Notes under the pieces: generated by a model | What the model was told of the DNA's origin: nothing | Seen by the model: only the letters and a program-made list of their open reading frames with translations | Databases searched by the model: none | Made by a program: the position numbers and the translations under genes | From: Macrostomum lignano | Lineage: Eukaryota | DNA: 64,000 nt | Reading direction: 5' to 3' | Assembly: GCA_002269645.1 (NCBI GenBank) | Contig: NIVC01001155.1 | Span: forward strand, 45,731 to 109,730 | In this document: positions 1 to 12,300 of the stretch, piece after piece | How positions within the stretch are numbered: position 1 is the stretch's first letter | Layout: each line of letters opens with the position of its first letter

Positions 1-161
1 AGATGAAGATGGGTGTTTTTTTCATGATTATCGATTAATCAATAACGTTTCAAATATTGGTTCATTTGCAATCGTTCGCATGCTACACAAATCTTTAAAA
101 TAAAATTCCAACAAAATTTTTCCTACACTCCTTCAGCGCTATTCGAATTCTGTCTTCCAAG

Positions 162-3100
162 GCGAAAGGTGCAAAGTTTTTGCGCAGCCAACCGCAAGTT
201 GTGGCCACCCTGCAGGTTCGATGGCTCAATATTGCTGCACACTGAGCATTCGACCATAGACAATTGAAGTCAAGGAATAACTCTATACCCTTTTGCTGCT
301 TTTTAACTTCTGCTTCCAGAAGCTGGCCAGCGACCCGGCTGTGTCGCCAGATTTGAGAGAGGAAATTTTGAGCACTCTGGAGTTTTTGAAACCGCTGGAC
401 AAGCCGTTTCCACCGATGGTTGAGGGTAGGCCGCGAGCTTCTCATTTTTATCTGGTTTTAGATTTTCCCTCTATCCAAGATTCCCATGCTTGCTGGAAAT
501 CTCTCACTGACTGCTAAAAATGGAAGTGATTTCAACTCATTCTTTTACTGTCTTAAACCCGCTCTTTCCTTTCTCTGCCCTTTCCTTCTCCTCCTTCCCT
601 TTCCTTTCCTTCTCTTAGTTTCCATTCTCTTCTCTTCTCTTCTCTTCTCTTCTCTTCTCTTCTCTTCTCTTCTCTTCTCTTCTCTTCTCTTCTCTTCTCT
701 TCTCTTCTCTTCTCTTGTCTTCACTTCTCTTCTATTCCATTCTCTTCCTTTAAAAGCATGTTTAAAATTTAAAATCGATCTAGAGAATTCGACCTCTGAA
801 AATTGCAGTTCGAGGTTGCACCGAGCTCAACATTCGCTGGTTAGCAACCGAGCCTAAGAACGAATTTCCGGTCAGCTACGAGCTGCACTGCGGCCAGGGC
901 TTGATCTACAGCGGTGAAGAAACCCAGTATTGCTTGAAGAATTTGAGTCCGGCTACCAATTACGCCTTTCGATTGAGAGTTTGCACGGAGGTGGATAAAA
1001 GTCCTTTTTCTGAGGCCATTATTGCAACTACGGAAGAGGCAGGTGAGTGTTTTTCGAAGGCAGAGTTTGATTACTGGTTTTAGCTGCCAGCTTGAATATC
1101 GAAGAGTTGAGAGGCCAGTTTGATTATTGATTAGTTAGGAGGCCAGTTCCATTATCGATTAGTTAGGAGGCCAGTTCCATTATCGATTAGTTAGGAGGCC
1201 AGTTCCATTATCGATTAATTAGGAGGCCAGTTCCATTATCGATTAGTTAGGAGGCCAGTTCCATTATCGATTAATTAGGAGGCCAGTTCCATTATCGATT
1301 AGTTAGGAGGCCAGTTTCATTATCGATTAGTTAGGAGGCCAGTTTGATTATCGATTAGTTAGGAGGCCAGTTCCATTATCGATTAGTTAGGAGGCCAGTT
1401 CCATTATCGATTAGTTAGGAGGCCAGTTCCATTATCGATTAGTTAGGAGGCCAGTTCCATTATCGATTAGTTAGGAGGCCAGTTCCATTATCAATTAGTT
1501 AGGAGGCCAGTTCCATTATCGATTAGTTAGGAGGCCAGTTTCATTATCGATTAGTTAGGAGGCCAGTTCCATTATCGATTAGTTAGGAGGCCAGTTCCAT
1601 TATCGATTAGTTAGGAGGCCAGTTTGATTATCGATTAGTTAGGAGGCCAGTTCCATTATCGATTAGTTAGGAGGCCAGTTCCATTATCGATTAGTTAGAA
1701 GGCCAGTTCCATTATCGATTAGTTAGGAGGCCAGTTCCGTTAACGATTAAAAGTCTAGCTTAAACATCAGTTTGCCAGCACTGCACCAGTCCCCTTCAAC
1801 TCCCGCAGCACCCAGCAAACCGCAGAATATCCGCCTACTGGCATCAACGGCAACCCAGCTGAAGGTGGGCTGGGACCCCTCAGCCAGCGGGTCAGTTCGC
1901 ACCTACATTGTCTATTGCGATGGCAGGCAGGTGGACTGCACGACAGAGACAACTAGCATTATATCGGGCTTGAGTCCGTGTACTCAGTACTCTATACAGG
2001 TATGTCAAGAAATATTGCCATTAACGTAGTGCTTCAACTTGAATCCTATAATTAAAAGCGAAACAAAATGATTGTTAGTTACTTTACTTTCAAGATCCAG
2101 AAGCTATAACGATACAAACTTCTGCGGTAAATTTCATGGTCGAAAATGATAATTTTCAAGTTTGTTTCTTTGCATGCGTTTGAAGCTGGATTTTGTCTGC
2201 ATCACTTCAGTGTATCACCTCAAGGCTGTATTGAAAAGTTTTTTTACTTTCTACATTCTCTTTGCTTGAAGATTTGACGTTCAACTGTCACAGAAAAGAT
2301 GAAATTGATGTACATGTACTTCTCACTTCATGGAAATTAGAACTATAAGCGCAGTATATGCTATCTCTGTGCATTTAAGTGGAGTAGTCTTCACATTAGG
2401 CTTTAAATTTTAAAAAGAATTTTAAGCCTTTCTATTTAAAGTGTGCATTGAGAGACGAGTGGAAATAGCGGCGATTCAATGTACGTTTGGGGGACGAGTA
2501 GAAGCAGGGGTGGGGGAGTCATTCAATGTACATTAGGGGACGAGTAGAAGCAGGGGTGGGGGAGTCATTCAATGTACATTAGGGGACGAGTGGAAGCAGG
2601 GGTGGATGAGTCATTCAATGTACATTAGAGGGACGAGTGGAAGCAGGGTTTGACGAGTCACTCAGTGTAAATAAAGGACCGAATGAAGGCACAGTTGAAT
2701 CCATGAAATGCAGATTTTTTACTTTAAATTGCTGAGTTTTTTAAGTGTCTCCTGATTTCATTTCTTGTTATCTGTGATCTTATAATCGTTGTTGCTCACA
2801 AAGACACTAGCTAACTAATTTATTAATGTTTTCAGGTATGCGCTTCTTCAAGCAAAGGCAAAAGTGAGCGAGCTGTCCTGCAGGCAACCACTTTAGATTT
2901 GGGTGAGTTGATAAAATTCACAAGTAAATACTGATTTTCAAAGTAGTATATTTCGTTTTGCTCAAATAATTGTCAGGAGCTCATGCACCTCCAAAGCCGC
3001 AAGTGACGGTGCTTGGCAGGCACGAGATGTCGGTTACCTGGGAGATACCGGAGCAGCCTCTCGGCCGCATCAATCATTACAATGTGGTGCTCAACGGAAA

Positions 3101-5497
3101 GAAAGTAGTTTACACTGGCACCGATATGACCTGCAAAGTTACTTCACTGACTGCTGATACCGAATACTTAGTCACGGTAATGCCGATCAGAGAATTATCG
3201 CATTACACTACTCTTAGTAAGCTGATGAAAGCGCAACAAAATAATTCGTTCCTACGCCACTTCAGGTTGTCGTAGTCACTAACGAAGGCAAAGCTGAGAG
3301 TAAAGCCACGAAAAAACGAACAGCTAAGGATGAATGTGAGATTTAAATTTTGAAACCAATGATCATGTTTTAAATGATCCACCATAAGGCTGGGCCTTTA
3401 AGCTTAACTGATTTCTGTTGTTAAAGTTCTTCTGATGTTTTTAAGAAACTTAGGATAGTAAAAGGGTTCACTACGAGACAACTGCACAACTGCAGGGGAA
3501 GCATATTTGAAATTAAAGTTTTTTGTAGGACCTTGGCATTACCTTGCCTTGGGCCTTGGGTGATCAGAGTTTGTAATATTAATAATGTATTGAATAATAT
3601 TTGATTACACCTGCCCCTAATGGGCAGATGTGCAACCGACAGCTCAGCCGCAGCTATTGCGCGGCGCATCTGAAGGCTGCGTACGGCTGTTCAGTCCAAG
3701 GACTGGGGGGTCGCCACTCACACCCTCAATTACCCCAGCTAATGCTGGCACCCATTTTACAGCTGGGTGAACTGAAGAAATGCAGAGTTAAGTGTCTTGC
3801 TGGCTCAATAACACAAATTGTTTCAAGTAGGTCGAGAATCGAACCCCCTACCTTTCACTAGTAAGTCCGATGCTCTAGCCACTAGGCTAACCCCCCCCTC
3901 AGAGTTTGTGCAGCCATCTAAAATATTAATTAAACTGCATTATGTTTCCTACATCGAAATTTAGCCTCTCCAATCCTTGCCAACATGCAGTTGATCCCCA
4001 GAGAGCACCTCTGTGGGCACCGAACAGGCGCTCCTCGCAGACCAGCTTGGCAACTGGTGAACCACCTGCAGGATCCGCAGGGGATAGCGATAACAGGCGA
4101 GGATCTTTGGCTAAGGTGAGACCTGTCTAACTTTCGAGTGATCCAATTAAAATCAGGAAAAAAAACTTTAAAATATACGGAATCATTCGACTCAAACTTT
4201 TGTCAAGATTGAGCAGTCCCGTTCGCTGAAGCCGCTAGCTGAGAAATCGGACACTTCACCTCCTGTGGCGGCTCCGCGACGGCGATCTCTGCCGCAGGCG
4301 CCGGAACCGAAGGTGAGACAACAACTGACATGGCTGGTTTACCGTCATTTCACTGTGGAATTCAGCAAAGTAGCCGGCGTCGTAGTTTGTTAACCATCAC
4401 TTCAATGGACGTTTTATGACGTAAACTTACCAGAGCTTGTACAACAGCATGTTCAATAGATATCATAGCATGTTCAATAGATATCATAGCATGTTCAATA
4501 GATATCATAGCATGTTCAATAGATATCATAGCATGTTCAATAGATATCATAGCATGTTCAATAGATATCATAGCATGTTCAATGGATATCATAGCATGTT
4601 CAATGGATATCATAGCATGTTCAATAGATATCATAGCATGTTCAATGGATATCATAGCATGTTCAATAGATATCATAGCATGTTCAATGGATATCATAGC
4701 ATGTTCAATAGATATCATAGCATGTTCAATGGATATCATAGCATGTTCAATAGATATCATAGCATGTTCAATAGATATCATAGCATGTTCAATAGATATC
4801 ATAGCATGTTCAATGGATATCATAGCATGTTCAATGGATATCATAGCATGTTCAATGGATATCATAGCATGTTAAAACAGACACCACAGCATCTCCATCT
4901 TCATACACACGTCAATCGTTAATTTCAATCCAGATACTCCGAGAGATCCGGGAGCCTCGCCAGGTGACCAGTCTGGCCCCAACCACCCTGGTGTTGGACA
5001 GGTTCGGCTCTGAGGGCGGCAGCCACCTGCGCCGAGTCGGCAACGAGGAGGTCCGCGCCTCGGCTCACCTTAGCGAGCGTCCGCGACCTCAGCCGCAGCC
5101 TCTGTCTCCGCTGCCGCCGACTCCACCGCTGCCAGACGTTGAGGCGGAACCTTCGCCGCCATCGCCGACGCCAGGATCTTCTTCGACAGCGTCTGACACT
5201 GGCAATCTCGACGCGTCAGCGAGCGCCGCCGTAGCTGCAGTTGCTGCCGTAGCTGCAGTTGCTGCCGCAGCTGCACCACAGCTGTCCAGCATGGTGAAGA
5301 CTCAGCAGCAGTCCAACTTATTCTCATCGTCGATGAAACCTCGAAGAAACGCCAAAACCGAGCTGGAGCCGCTGTCCATCGGAGATGTGCGGCAACCCGC
5401 TCAGCAGCAGCAGCAACCGAAGAGGCAGCGCGTTCGACCACCGAATCGTCGACGAAAATCGCAAGAGTCAGTGTGGCTTCAAAGTAGATCACTGTGA
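162..5497 (+). CDS. Multi-exon gene (5' end not located, probably upstream of window) encoding three fibronectin type III domains and a Ser/Pro/Ala/Gln-rich disordered tail
   Basis: GT-AG exons with consistent phases: 162-215, 320-425, 809-1042, 1809-1999, 2836-2902, 2977-3176, 3266-3335, 3991-4115, 4208-4312, 4934-5497. FN3 signatures: ELNIRW...YELHC...LKNLSPATNYAFRLRV; PSKPQNIRL...LKVGWDP...GLSPCTQYSIQVCA; PPKPQVT...MSVTWEIP...LTADTEYLVTVVV. The 3' end is uncertain because GTGAGT at 5494 may be a further donor. Confidence 0.85.
625..720. repeat. (CTCTT)n pyrimidine microsatellite in an FN3-gene intron
   Basis: Uninterrupted TCTTC/CTCTT pentamers. Confidence 0.95.
1109..1740. repeat. 28-bp minisatellite AGGCCAGTTCCATTATCGATTAGTTAGG, about 22 units, intronic
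   Basis: Head-to-tail units read directly; first unit degenerate. Confidence 0.95.
2475..2670. repeat. About 46-bp tandem repeat (TTCAATGTACATTAGGGGACGAGTAGAAGCAGGGGTGGGGGAGTCA), about 4 degenerate units
   Basis: Direct reading. Confidence 0.85.
3590..3898 (-). mobile_element. tRNA-derived SINE (tRNA-like head, conserved-type core, 3' stem-loop, AT-rich tail)
   Basis: Minus strand reads GGGGGGGTTAGCCTAGTGGCTAGAGC (A box), GGGGGTTCGATTCTC (B box), then GCAAGACACTTAACTC...TTCACCCAGCTGTAAAATGGGT (resembles CORE/V-type SINE cores), a CTGCCC-ATTAG-GGGCAG hairpin and an AT-rich tail. The cloverleaf stems do not pair. Confidence 0.75.
4445..4872. repeat. 21-bp minisatellite CATAGCATGTTCAAT(A/G)GATAT, about 20 units, intronic
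   Basis: Direct reading; source of the AMISIEH/SMFNRYH artefact ORFs. Confidence 0.95.
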
Positions 5498-5520
5498 GTT
5501 TTGCTAGCTAAATTCTGGTT

Positions 5521-6790
5521 CTGAGTGAGATGTGGCTTTGAGTTCTGGGTGAGATGTGTCTTTGAGTTCTGGGTGAGATGTGTCTTTGAGTTCTGGGTGA
5601 GATGTGTCCTTGAGTTCTGGATGAGATGTGTCTTTGAGTTCTGGGTGAGATGTGTCTTTGAGTTCTGGATGAGATGTGTCTTTGAGTTCTGGGTGAGATG
5701 TGTCTTTGAGTTCTGGATGAGATGTGTCTTTGAGTTCTGGATGAGATGTGTCCTTGAGTTCTGGGTGAGATGTGTCTTTGAGTTCTGGGTGAGATGTGTC
5801 TTTGAGTTCTGGGTGAGATGTGTCTTTGAGTTCTGGATGAGATGTGTCCTTGAGTTCTGGGTGAGATGTGTCTTTGAGTTCTGGGTGAGATGTGTCTTTG
5901 AGTTCTGGATGAGATGTGTCTTTGAGTTCTGGATGAGATGTGTCTTTGAGTTCTGGATGAGATGTGTCTTTGAGTTCTGGGTGAAGATGTGTCTTTGAGT
6001 TCTGGGTGAAGATGTGTCTTTGAGTTCTGGGTGAGATGTGTCTTTGAGTTCTGGGTGAAGATGTGTCTTTGAGTTCTGGATGAGATGTGTCTTTGAGTTC
6101 TGGATGAGATGTGTCCTTGAGTTCTGGGTGAGATGTGTCTTTGAGTTCTGGGTGAGATGTGTCTTTGAGTTCTGGATGAGATGTGTCTTTGAGTTCTGGG
6201 TGAGATGTGTCTTTGAGTTCTGGGTGAGATGTGTCTTTGAGTTCTGGGTGAGATGTGTCTTTGAGTTCTGGATGAGATGTGTCTTTGAGTTCTGGATGAG
6301 ATGTGTCTTTGAGTTCTGGATGAGATGTGTCTTTGAGTTCTGGGTGAAGATGTGTCTTTGAGTTCTGGGTGAAGATGTGTCTTTGAGTTCTGGGTGAGAT
6401 GTGTCTTTGAGTTCTGGGTGAAGATGTGTCTTTGAGTTCTGGATAAGATGTGTCTTTGAGTTCTGGATGAGATGTGTCCTTGAGTTCTGGGTGAGATGTG
6501 TCTTTGAGTTCTGTGTGAGAAGTGTCCTTGAGTTCTGGGTGAGATGTGTCTTTGAGTTCTGAGTGAGATATGGCTTTGAGTTCTGGGTGAGATGTGTCCT
6601 TGAGTTCTGGGTGAGATGTGTCTTTGAGTTCTGGGGTGAGATATGTCTTTGAGTTCTGGGAGAGATATGTGCCATTGAGTTCTGGGTGAGATGTATCTTT
6701 GAGTTCTGAGTGAGATGTGTCATTGAGTTCTGGGTGAGATGTTGTCCTCGAGTTCTGGAGTGTGATATACTTTTGAGTTCTGGTTGAGTT
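5521..6790. repeat. 24-bp minisatellite GAGTTCTGG(G/A)TGAGATGTGTCTTT, about 50 units
   Basis: Direct reading; 25-bp variant clusters near 5980-6065 and 6345-6425. Confidence 0.95.
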
Positions 6791-7444
6791 TCAACTTTTA
6801 GTTCTTTGGTTTTACAGACGGAGTTTCTAGGGCACGTGTTTCTAGAATAAATTCCATGTCAGCTAACGCATTGGTGGCCTGTTTCACTATTTACAGCACA
6901 ATGATTGATGCCAGCTCGTGGTTAAGTTTCAAAAAAGTTATTGGGTCAGTCAGTAAATTATAACAAATCTTTCTAAAAAAATAATTTATTTTTTATCTAT
7001 CTTCCGCTATCAGAACTGAATTTTTAGTTTCTTAGTCTTTTCAAACTTTGCATCGCTTTGAACTTGCTGCTACTTGCTAAATGATTTGAAATTCTGTTTA
7101 TTGATTAATTTTTTTACTATCACATTCGTATTTGTCAGGAACAATAAACTTTACCATTCCATAAAAAATTTCAATCAGTGTGAACAGAAAGCTAGCAAAA
7201 GACACAGACGACGGCGGTTCAAACGACAACGACGGGTCGGATGCTTTTGGAGGTCGACAGGTCGACTCAGCGACAAATTTGTCTGGCGCTGATGGCGCTA
7301 ACATCGTCGGCGGTGGAGGACTGCTGAGTTTGAACTCTCGGTCAAGCACTGATAGGTGAGATGTTGTGCCACTGTGGTGTGACGGGTGCTGTGGAGGATA
7401 CATGTAAGTGCTATGGGGCGGTCGGTGCTTTGGGTAGTGAGTGC

Positions 7445-7730
7445 TATGGGGTAGTGGGTGCTATGGGGTGGTGGGTGCTGTGGGTGGTGGGTGCTGTTGG
7501 TCGGTGGGTGCTGTTGGTCGGTGGGTGCTGTTGGTCGGTGGGTGCTGTTGGTCGGTGGGTGCTATGGGGTGGTGGGTGCTGTGGGTGGTGGGTGCTGTTG
7601 GTCGGTGGGTGCTGTTGGTCGGTGGGTGCTGTTGGTCGGTGGGTGCTGTTGGTCGGTGGGTGCTGTTGGTCGGTGGGTGCTATAGGGTGGTGGGTGCTGT
7701 GGGGTGGTGGGTGGTGTGGGGTGGGGTGGT
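7445..7730. repeat. 17-bp GT-rich minisatellite, left half (GGTCGGTGGGTGCTGTT / GGGGTGGTGGGTGCTGT)
   Basis: Direct reading; abuts the LINE 5' end. Confidence 0.9.
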
Positions 7731-7768
7731 ACCGCGCCCCTTTGAGGGTAGCCCACCAACCTTCTATC

Positions 7769-9319
7769 ATGGCCTTCGAGCCGTCTATGGATAAACAAGC
7801 TATTTCTAGGGACGGGGACCCTTCTAAACCCCAACCTCAGTCCGAAGGACCGGCCGGCCCTGCTGGCAGATCCCAACCGACTGATTCAACTGTGGCAAAG
7901 GAAGGACCGGCTGGCTCTGCTGGCAGATCCGACCAGAGCTACCAAACTCAAAATACCCAAAGACCTGCCAGCTCCGCTGGTGGATCTAAGGGAACCGCGA
8001 GCTCTGAGCCTAAAGGACCGGCCAAATCTGGCAGATCCGACGAAGCTCAGCGGGCTCGGCTTGAGCGCAAACGCGCTAAACAACGCGCCAAAAGGCAGGC
8101 CAAGAAGGGAGCTGCGGGGGCCAAAGCGGCGGCGTCCACCATGGATGCTGAAGCGACTGGCGTCCCAAGGCAACCAGACGGGCCGGCCGGTGGAAGCTCC
8201 GGTAGTTCAGCGGCGGCGCTCCCTGGAGATGCTGCTGCGGCTGCTGAGGCCGAAACCACGGCGCAACAAATGGCCACTGCCAACAAGGAGGTTCCTTCGG
8301 GAGCTACCTTTGCGGCGAAGGCCAAGGCCAAAATCCCGGGAGTGATCATCCAAGGTCGCGACCAGGACTGGACCACTGATCAGCTTCAAAAAGTGTGGAG
8401 TGCTGTTGACTCCTATCTGATTGAGCTGACTGTCGAGGAGGGAATCTCCATCGGCATTGAGCGGATGGTGCTGCGAAGCACATTCGTTCTTATTGCTCCT
8501 AGCAGCGAGGAGGACGCTCGGCAGCTGCTCCAGCGGCTACCGACGGTCTCCTTGGATGCTGATCTTGGCGGAGCTCTTTTTCTTCGCGAGGGCCAGCGTC
8601 CAAAGACGATACCCTATGTGGTTTTCGTCCCTGCTAAGAGCACCGCAGCTGGACCAGACGTTATTCGCCGGGTCCTACTGCGTCTGAACCCCGACCTCCC
8701 TGCTAGTGGACTGGTGTATCACCGCAAAGTCCGCAGGGGGGAGACGGGCAACTCAATTGTCCTCGGCCTTTCCAGCACTTGGGCGAGTCGGTACCCTAAT
8801 GGATCCTCTTTCCAGTTGGGTGCCCTCAAGCTCAAGATGCGCCGAGGAAAGTCTGCCAAAGGGAAGGCTTCTGCCAACCCCGGCATCTCCGGCAAGAGCG
8901 GGGCGCAGTCTAAGGCCCAAGGAAAGGCGCAAGCCGATCCCAAAGCCAAAGCTGCGTCTCGCCCCTCTGCTAGCAGCAGTTCGGCGACCGCGGTAACGGC
9001 TCCGGCCAAGCCCCGGGAACCAAACCTGCCAGTCGGAGAAGGAGTTGAGGACGAGGCCGGGTCTTCGGAATCCGAGCTCTCCTCGGCCACCCTGGTGGGG
9101 TCTGAAGGTAAAGATGCAGGTGAGGAAGCTTCCTCCATCCTGTCATCGGAGCCTGAGGACTCTGCTGGGGGGCCGGTGGGGGTGAGGAGGCCATGGACGT
9201 CGACCAACTCCCATCTCCAGTCAAGCCCCAGCGGCCTGGGACGAGGACGATCTGTTGTCCAAGTCTCCTTGATGGCCCTGGGCTCTAGCCAGAAATTGCA
9301 TTTAATACAGTATGACTAA
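7769..9319 (+). CDS. LINE ORF1 (gag-like, Ala/Ser/Gly/Lys-rich, no CCHC knuckle seen)
   Basis: First ATG inside the element is at 7769 (MAFEPSMDKQ). The upstream part of the track ORF is minisatellite. The C-terminus is probably distorted by small indels near 9180-9235. Confidence 0.75.
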   Translation: MAFEPSMDKQAISRDGDPSKPQPQSEGPAGPAGRSQPTDSTVAKEGPAGSAGRSDQSYQTQNTQRPASSAGGSKGTASSEPKGPAKSGRSDEAQRARLERKRAKQRAKRQAKKGAAGAKAAASTMDAEATGVPRQPDGPAGGSSGSSAAALPGDAAAAAEAETTAQQMATANKEVPSGATFAAKAKAKIPGVIIQGRDQDWTTDQLQKVWSAVDSYLIELTVEEGISIGIERMVLRSTFVLIAPSSEEDARQLLQRLPTVSLDADLGGALFLREGQRPKTIPYVVFVPAKSTAAGPDVIRRVLLRLNPDLPASGLVYHRKVRRGETGNSIVLGLSSTWASRYPNGSSFQLGALKLKMRRGKSAKGKASANPGISGKSGAQSKAQGKAQADPKAKAASRPSASSSSATAVTAPAKPREPNLPVGEGVEDEAGSSESELSSATLVGSEGKDAGEEASSILSSEPEDSAGGPVGVRRPWTSTNSHLQSSPSGLGRGRSVVQVSLMALGSSQKLHLIQYD

Positions 9320-12300
9320 GCTCCACGCTGCCAAAGGAGCGACATTCTGTCTGCAAATTAATTTACAGCATTGCGTATCTGCGTCAGTAAATCTGATGAA
9401 GATTGCTGAGCTGTACAGGCCAGGCCTCATCCTGATCCAGGAACCCTGGATGCGCAACGGTAAGTTGCCCAACATTCCCTCTGGCTACTCTGATTTTTAT
9501 GTGTGTGGCCCGGGGAACAGTCGCCCTAGAGCGGCTATCCTCGCTGCTAGCCATCTCCAGGCTTGGCTGAGGACTGATCTCTCTGATGGAGACCTTTGCG
9601 TCATCCAATCTAATCATTTCTCTCCGCGTACGTGTCTTGTTGCCTCGGTTTATATCCCAGGCGACAGAGACCCTGCTCCTGAGAGTTTACTGCGCCTCGC
9701 GCAGTACTGCGAGTCCCAGAACGCTGAGCTGTGCTTAGGGGGCGACCTCAACGCGCACCACAAGCACTGGGGCTGCAAAGATACCAACACTAGAGGAGAG
9801 GAGCTTCTGGCCCTCATTTCTAACACAAACCTCATGCTCTGCAACCGCGCAGCACTCCTACCTTTAATAATGGCAGATGGACTGAGGTCCTCGACGCCAC
9901 ACTCGTTACCCCAAGACTCTTTGACAGAGTTGAGGAGTGGAGAGTCTGATCTGAGGAGCCCTCCCTGTCTGACCACTGCTTTATCGCCTTTAACATCGCG
10001 GACACTAAAACCCAGTCTCCGATCACTTGGAGACGCAATATCCGCAACACTGATTGGGCGGCCTACAAGGCTGCCCTTGATCTGCACCTGCAGGAACTCA
10101 CGGACTTACGTCCGATTGAGACCTGCGAGGATGTGGATCATATGGCTGAGACGCTGACAGGTTGCATTATTGAAGCCTACGAAGCGGCTTGTCCTGCTCG
10201 CGCCTACAAAGGCAAGACCTCGGCGCCGTGGTGGAACCCGGAGCTGGGGAAACTCAGGCGGAAGGCCAAAAGCCTTCATCGCCGTGCCATGAAGACCGGA
10301 AACCCGGAGGACATGGAGCTTTTCCGGCAAGCCTCCCGCAATTTCAAATCTGAAGTGCGCAAGGCCAAGGAATGTAAGTGGCGCCAATTCTGCAATGAAT
10401 TGGATCAAGACAGACCTACTTCTAGGCTTGTCAAGGCCCTTACAATGGACAAAATGTCCAAATTAGCCATGATCAAAAAAGATGATGGCTCTCTTACTAA
10501 AGACCCTGAAGAAGTGCTTCAGCATATGCTTAGCACATTCTTCCCGAGGGTACCTACTGCTAGACCGGAGCCCAACCATTCGATGGATGGAGCCACCCTA
10601 GCGGCGGGCATTGTCACTGAAGACCTAATCGCTCGTGCGGTCAGAACCTTCAAACCCTTCAAATCTCCTGGACCTGATGGTATCTACCCTGTTCTCCTTC
10701 GTGAAGCAGCCAAGATACCCTCGTTCCTGAGACTCACCCGCAATCTTATGCGGGCCTCTATCCAGCTGGGATACGTTCCCAAATGCTGGACTGAAGCTCG
10801 GGTAGTCTTTATTCCCAAACCTGGGAAGGGTGACTACCAAAGCGTCAAGGCCTTCCGGCCTATTAGCTTAACGTCAGCAATGCTTAAGCTCACTGAGAGG
10901 CTTATTCTCTGGCGGCTGCTGTCCTGCGAGCTGACAGCGATGCCCCTCAGCAATAATCAGCACGCCTTCCGTACCGGGAGGTCGACTGACAGCGCCTTGC
11001 ATGCGATTGTCGAGAAGATTGAAAGGGCGGTACTGGGTGACGGTTACGCTCTGGCTCTCTTTCTTGACATTGTTGGCGCCTTCGACAACGTTATCTTTGA
11101 AGCGTTTCAGAGGCCCTTCAAAATCGCAAAGCTCATGCTACCCTCATACGGTGGATCATGTACATGATCTCCAACCGTACGGTCACTGCCCAACTTCTTG
11201 GGCAAACTGCCTCCACCAGAGTCTGTAAGGGTGGACCCCAAGGCGGAGTCCTCACCCCGACGCTCTGGAACCTGGTCATGGACGCTCTTTTGAGTGACTC
11301 CCGACCCGACCCCGTCTTCAAAGTCGGGTATGCTGATGACGTCACGGCCATTGTGGCAGGAACGTCTCCCAGCACGCTCAGGGATCTGATGCAGAGCTTT
11401 ATCCGCAAAGCAGAATCCTGGGCCAATGACAATGGTCTGGAACTCTCTGAGCCCAAAACCGTTGCCATTATGTTTACCAGCAGACTACGCTGGAACATAC
11501 GTCCTCTGCAGCTCTACGGCAGAGATATTGCCTTCGCGCACCAGACCAGATGTCTCGGGGTCATACTTGACCACCGGCTCAACTGGTCCTCCCACGTGAA
11601 AGCAAAAGCCAAGCGTGCCTCAGCCATCCTGGCCCAGCTCCGACGAGCACTTGGCACTTCTTGGGGTCTATCCCCAAAGCGGCTTTGGTGGATCTATACT
11701 TCCGTAGTTAGACCTGCCATTACGTACGCCTCTGTTGTCTGGGTTAGCGCTACCCAGGTCAAAAGCCATGCAGACCTGCTCAACACGATCCAAGGCAGAG
11801 CGTGTAGGCTCATCTGCAACGCCACCAGGTCCACGCCCTTTGCTGGCATGGGGGCCTTCCTTAATCTTCCGCCTCTTGACCTCTTCATCAGGGGTGAGGC
11901 GGCTAGAACGACGCGGCGTCTAATTGATGCCGGCGTCAAATTCATTTACATGAGAGCACCTGCTAAGCGGAACCTTGTCCCGCATAGCGATCTGTGCCTC
12001 AACTTTCTCAACGAGTGTCAGGCCAATCGCGTCTTCACCGATGGCATTGCCTCAACGCTCAACCTGAGACAGCGCTACTCCGTAGCTATCGACTCGCGCG
12101 ATAACATCAATGACCAATGGAACCCTGGTGAGCTTCATTGCTACACCGACGGTTCTAAGCAGTCAGCCAACACCGGCTTTGGTGTTGGAATCTTTCTGAA
12201 CGGGAGGGTCATCGCTACCCACGCTCAATACACTGGGGTCAACTCCAGTGTTTTCCAAAATGAAGTTCTGGCCATCAGCTCCTGCACTGCAGAGCTTCTC

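Noticed and set aside
3825-3898. Possible tRNA-Val gene
   Set aside because: Acceptor, anticodon and T stems do not pair; it is followed by a SINE body
4362-6723. Long periodic ORFs (AMISIEH, THLTQNSK, RCVFEFWV)
   Set aside because: Stop-free by-products of minisatellites in non-coding sequence
7098-7403. Possible terminal exon of a minus-strand gene, with candidate upstream exons at about 13740-13880 and 14251-14420
   Set aside because: No consistent stop-free splice path or recognisable domain could be built
7731-7800. HDV-like ribozyme at the LINE 5' end (known in some LOA elements)
   Set aside because: Could not fit the nested pseudoknot by eye
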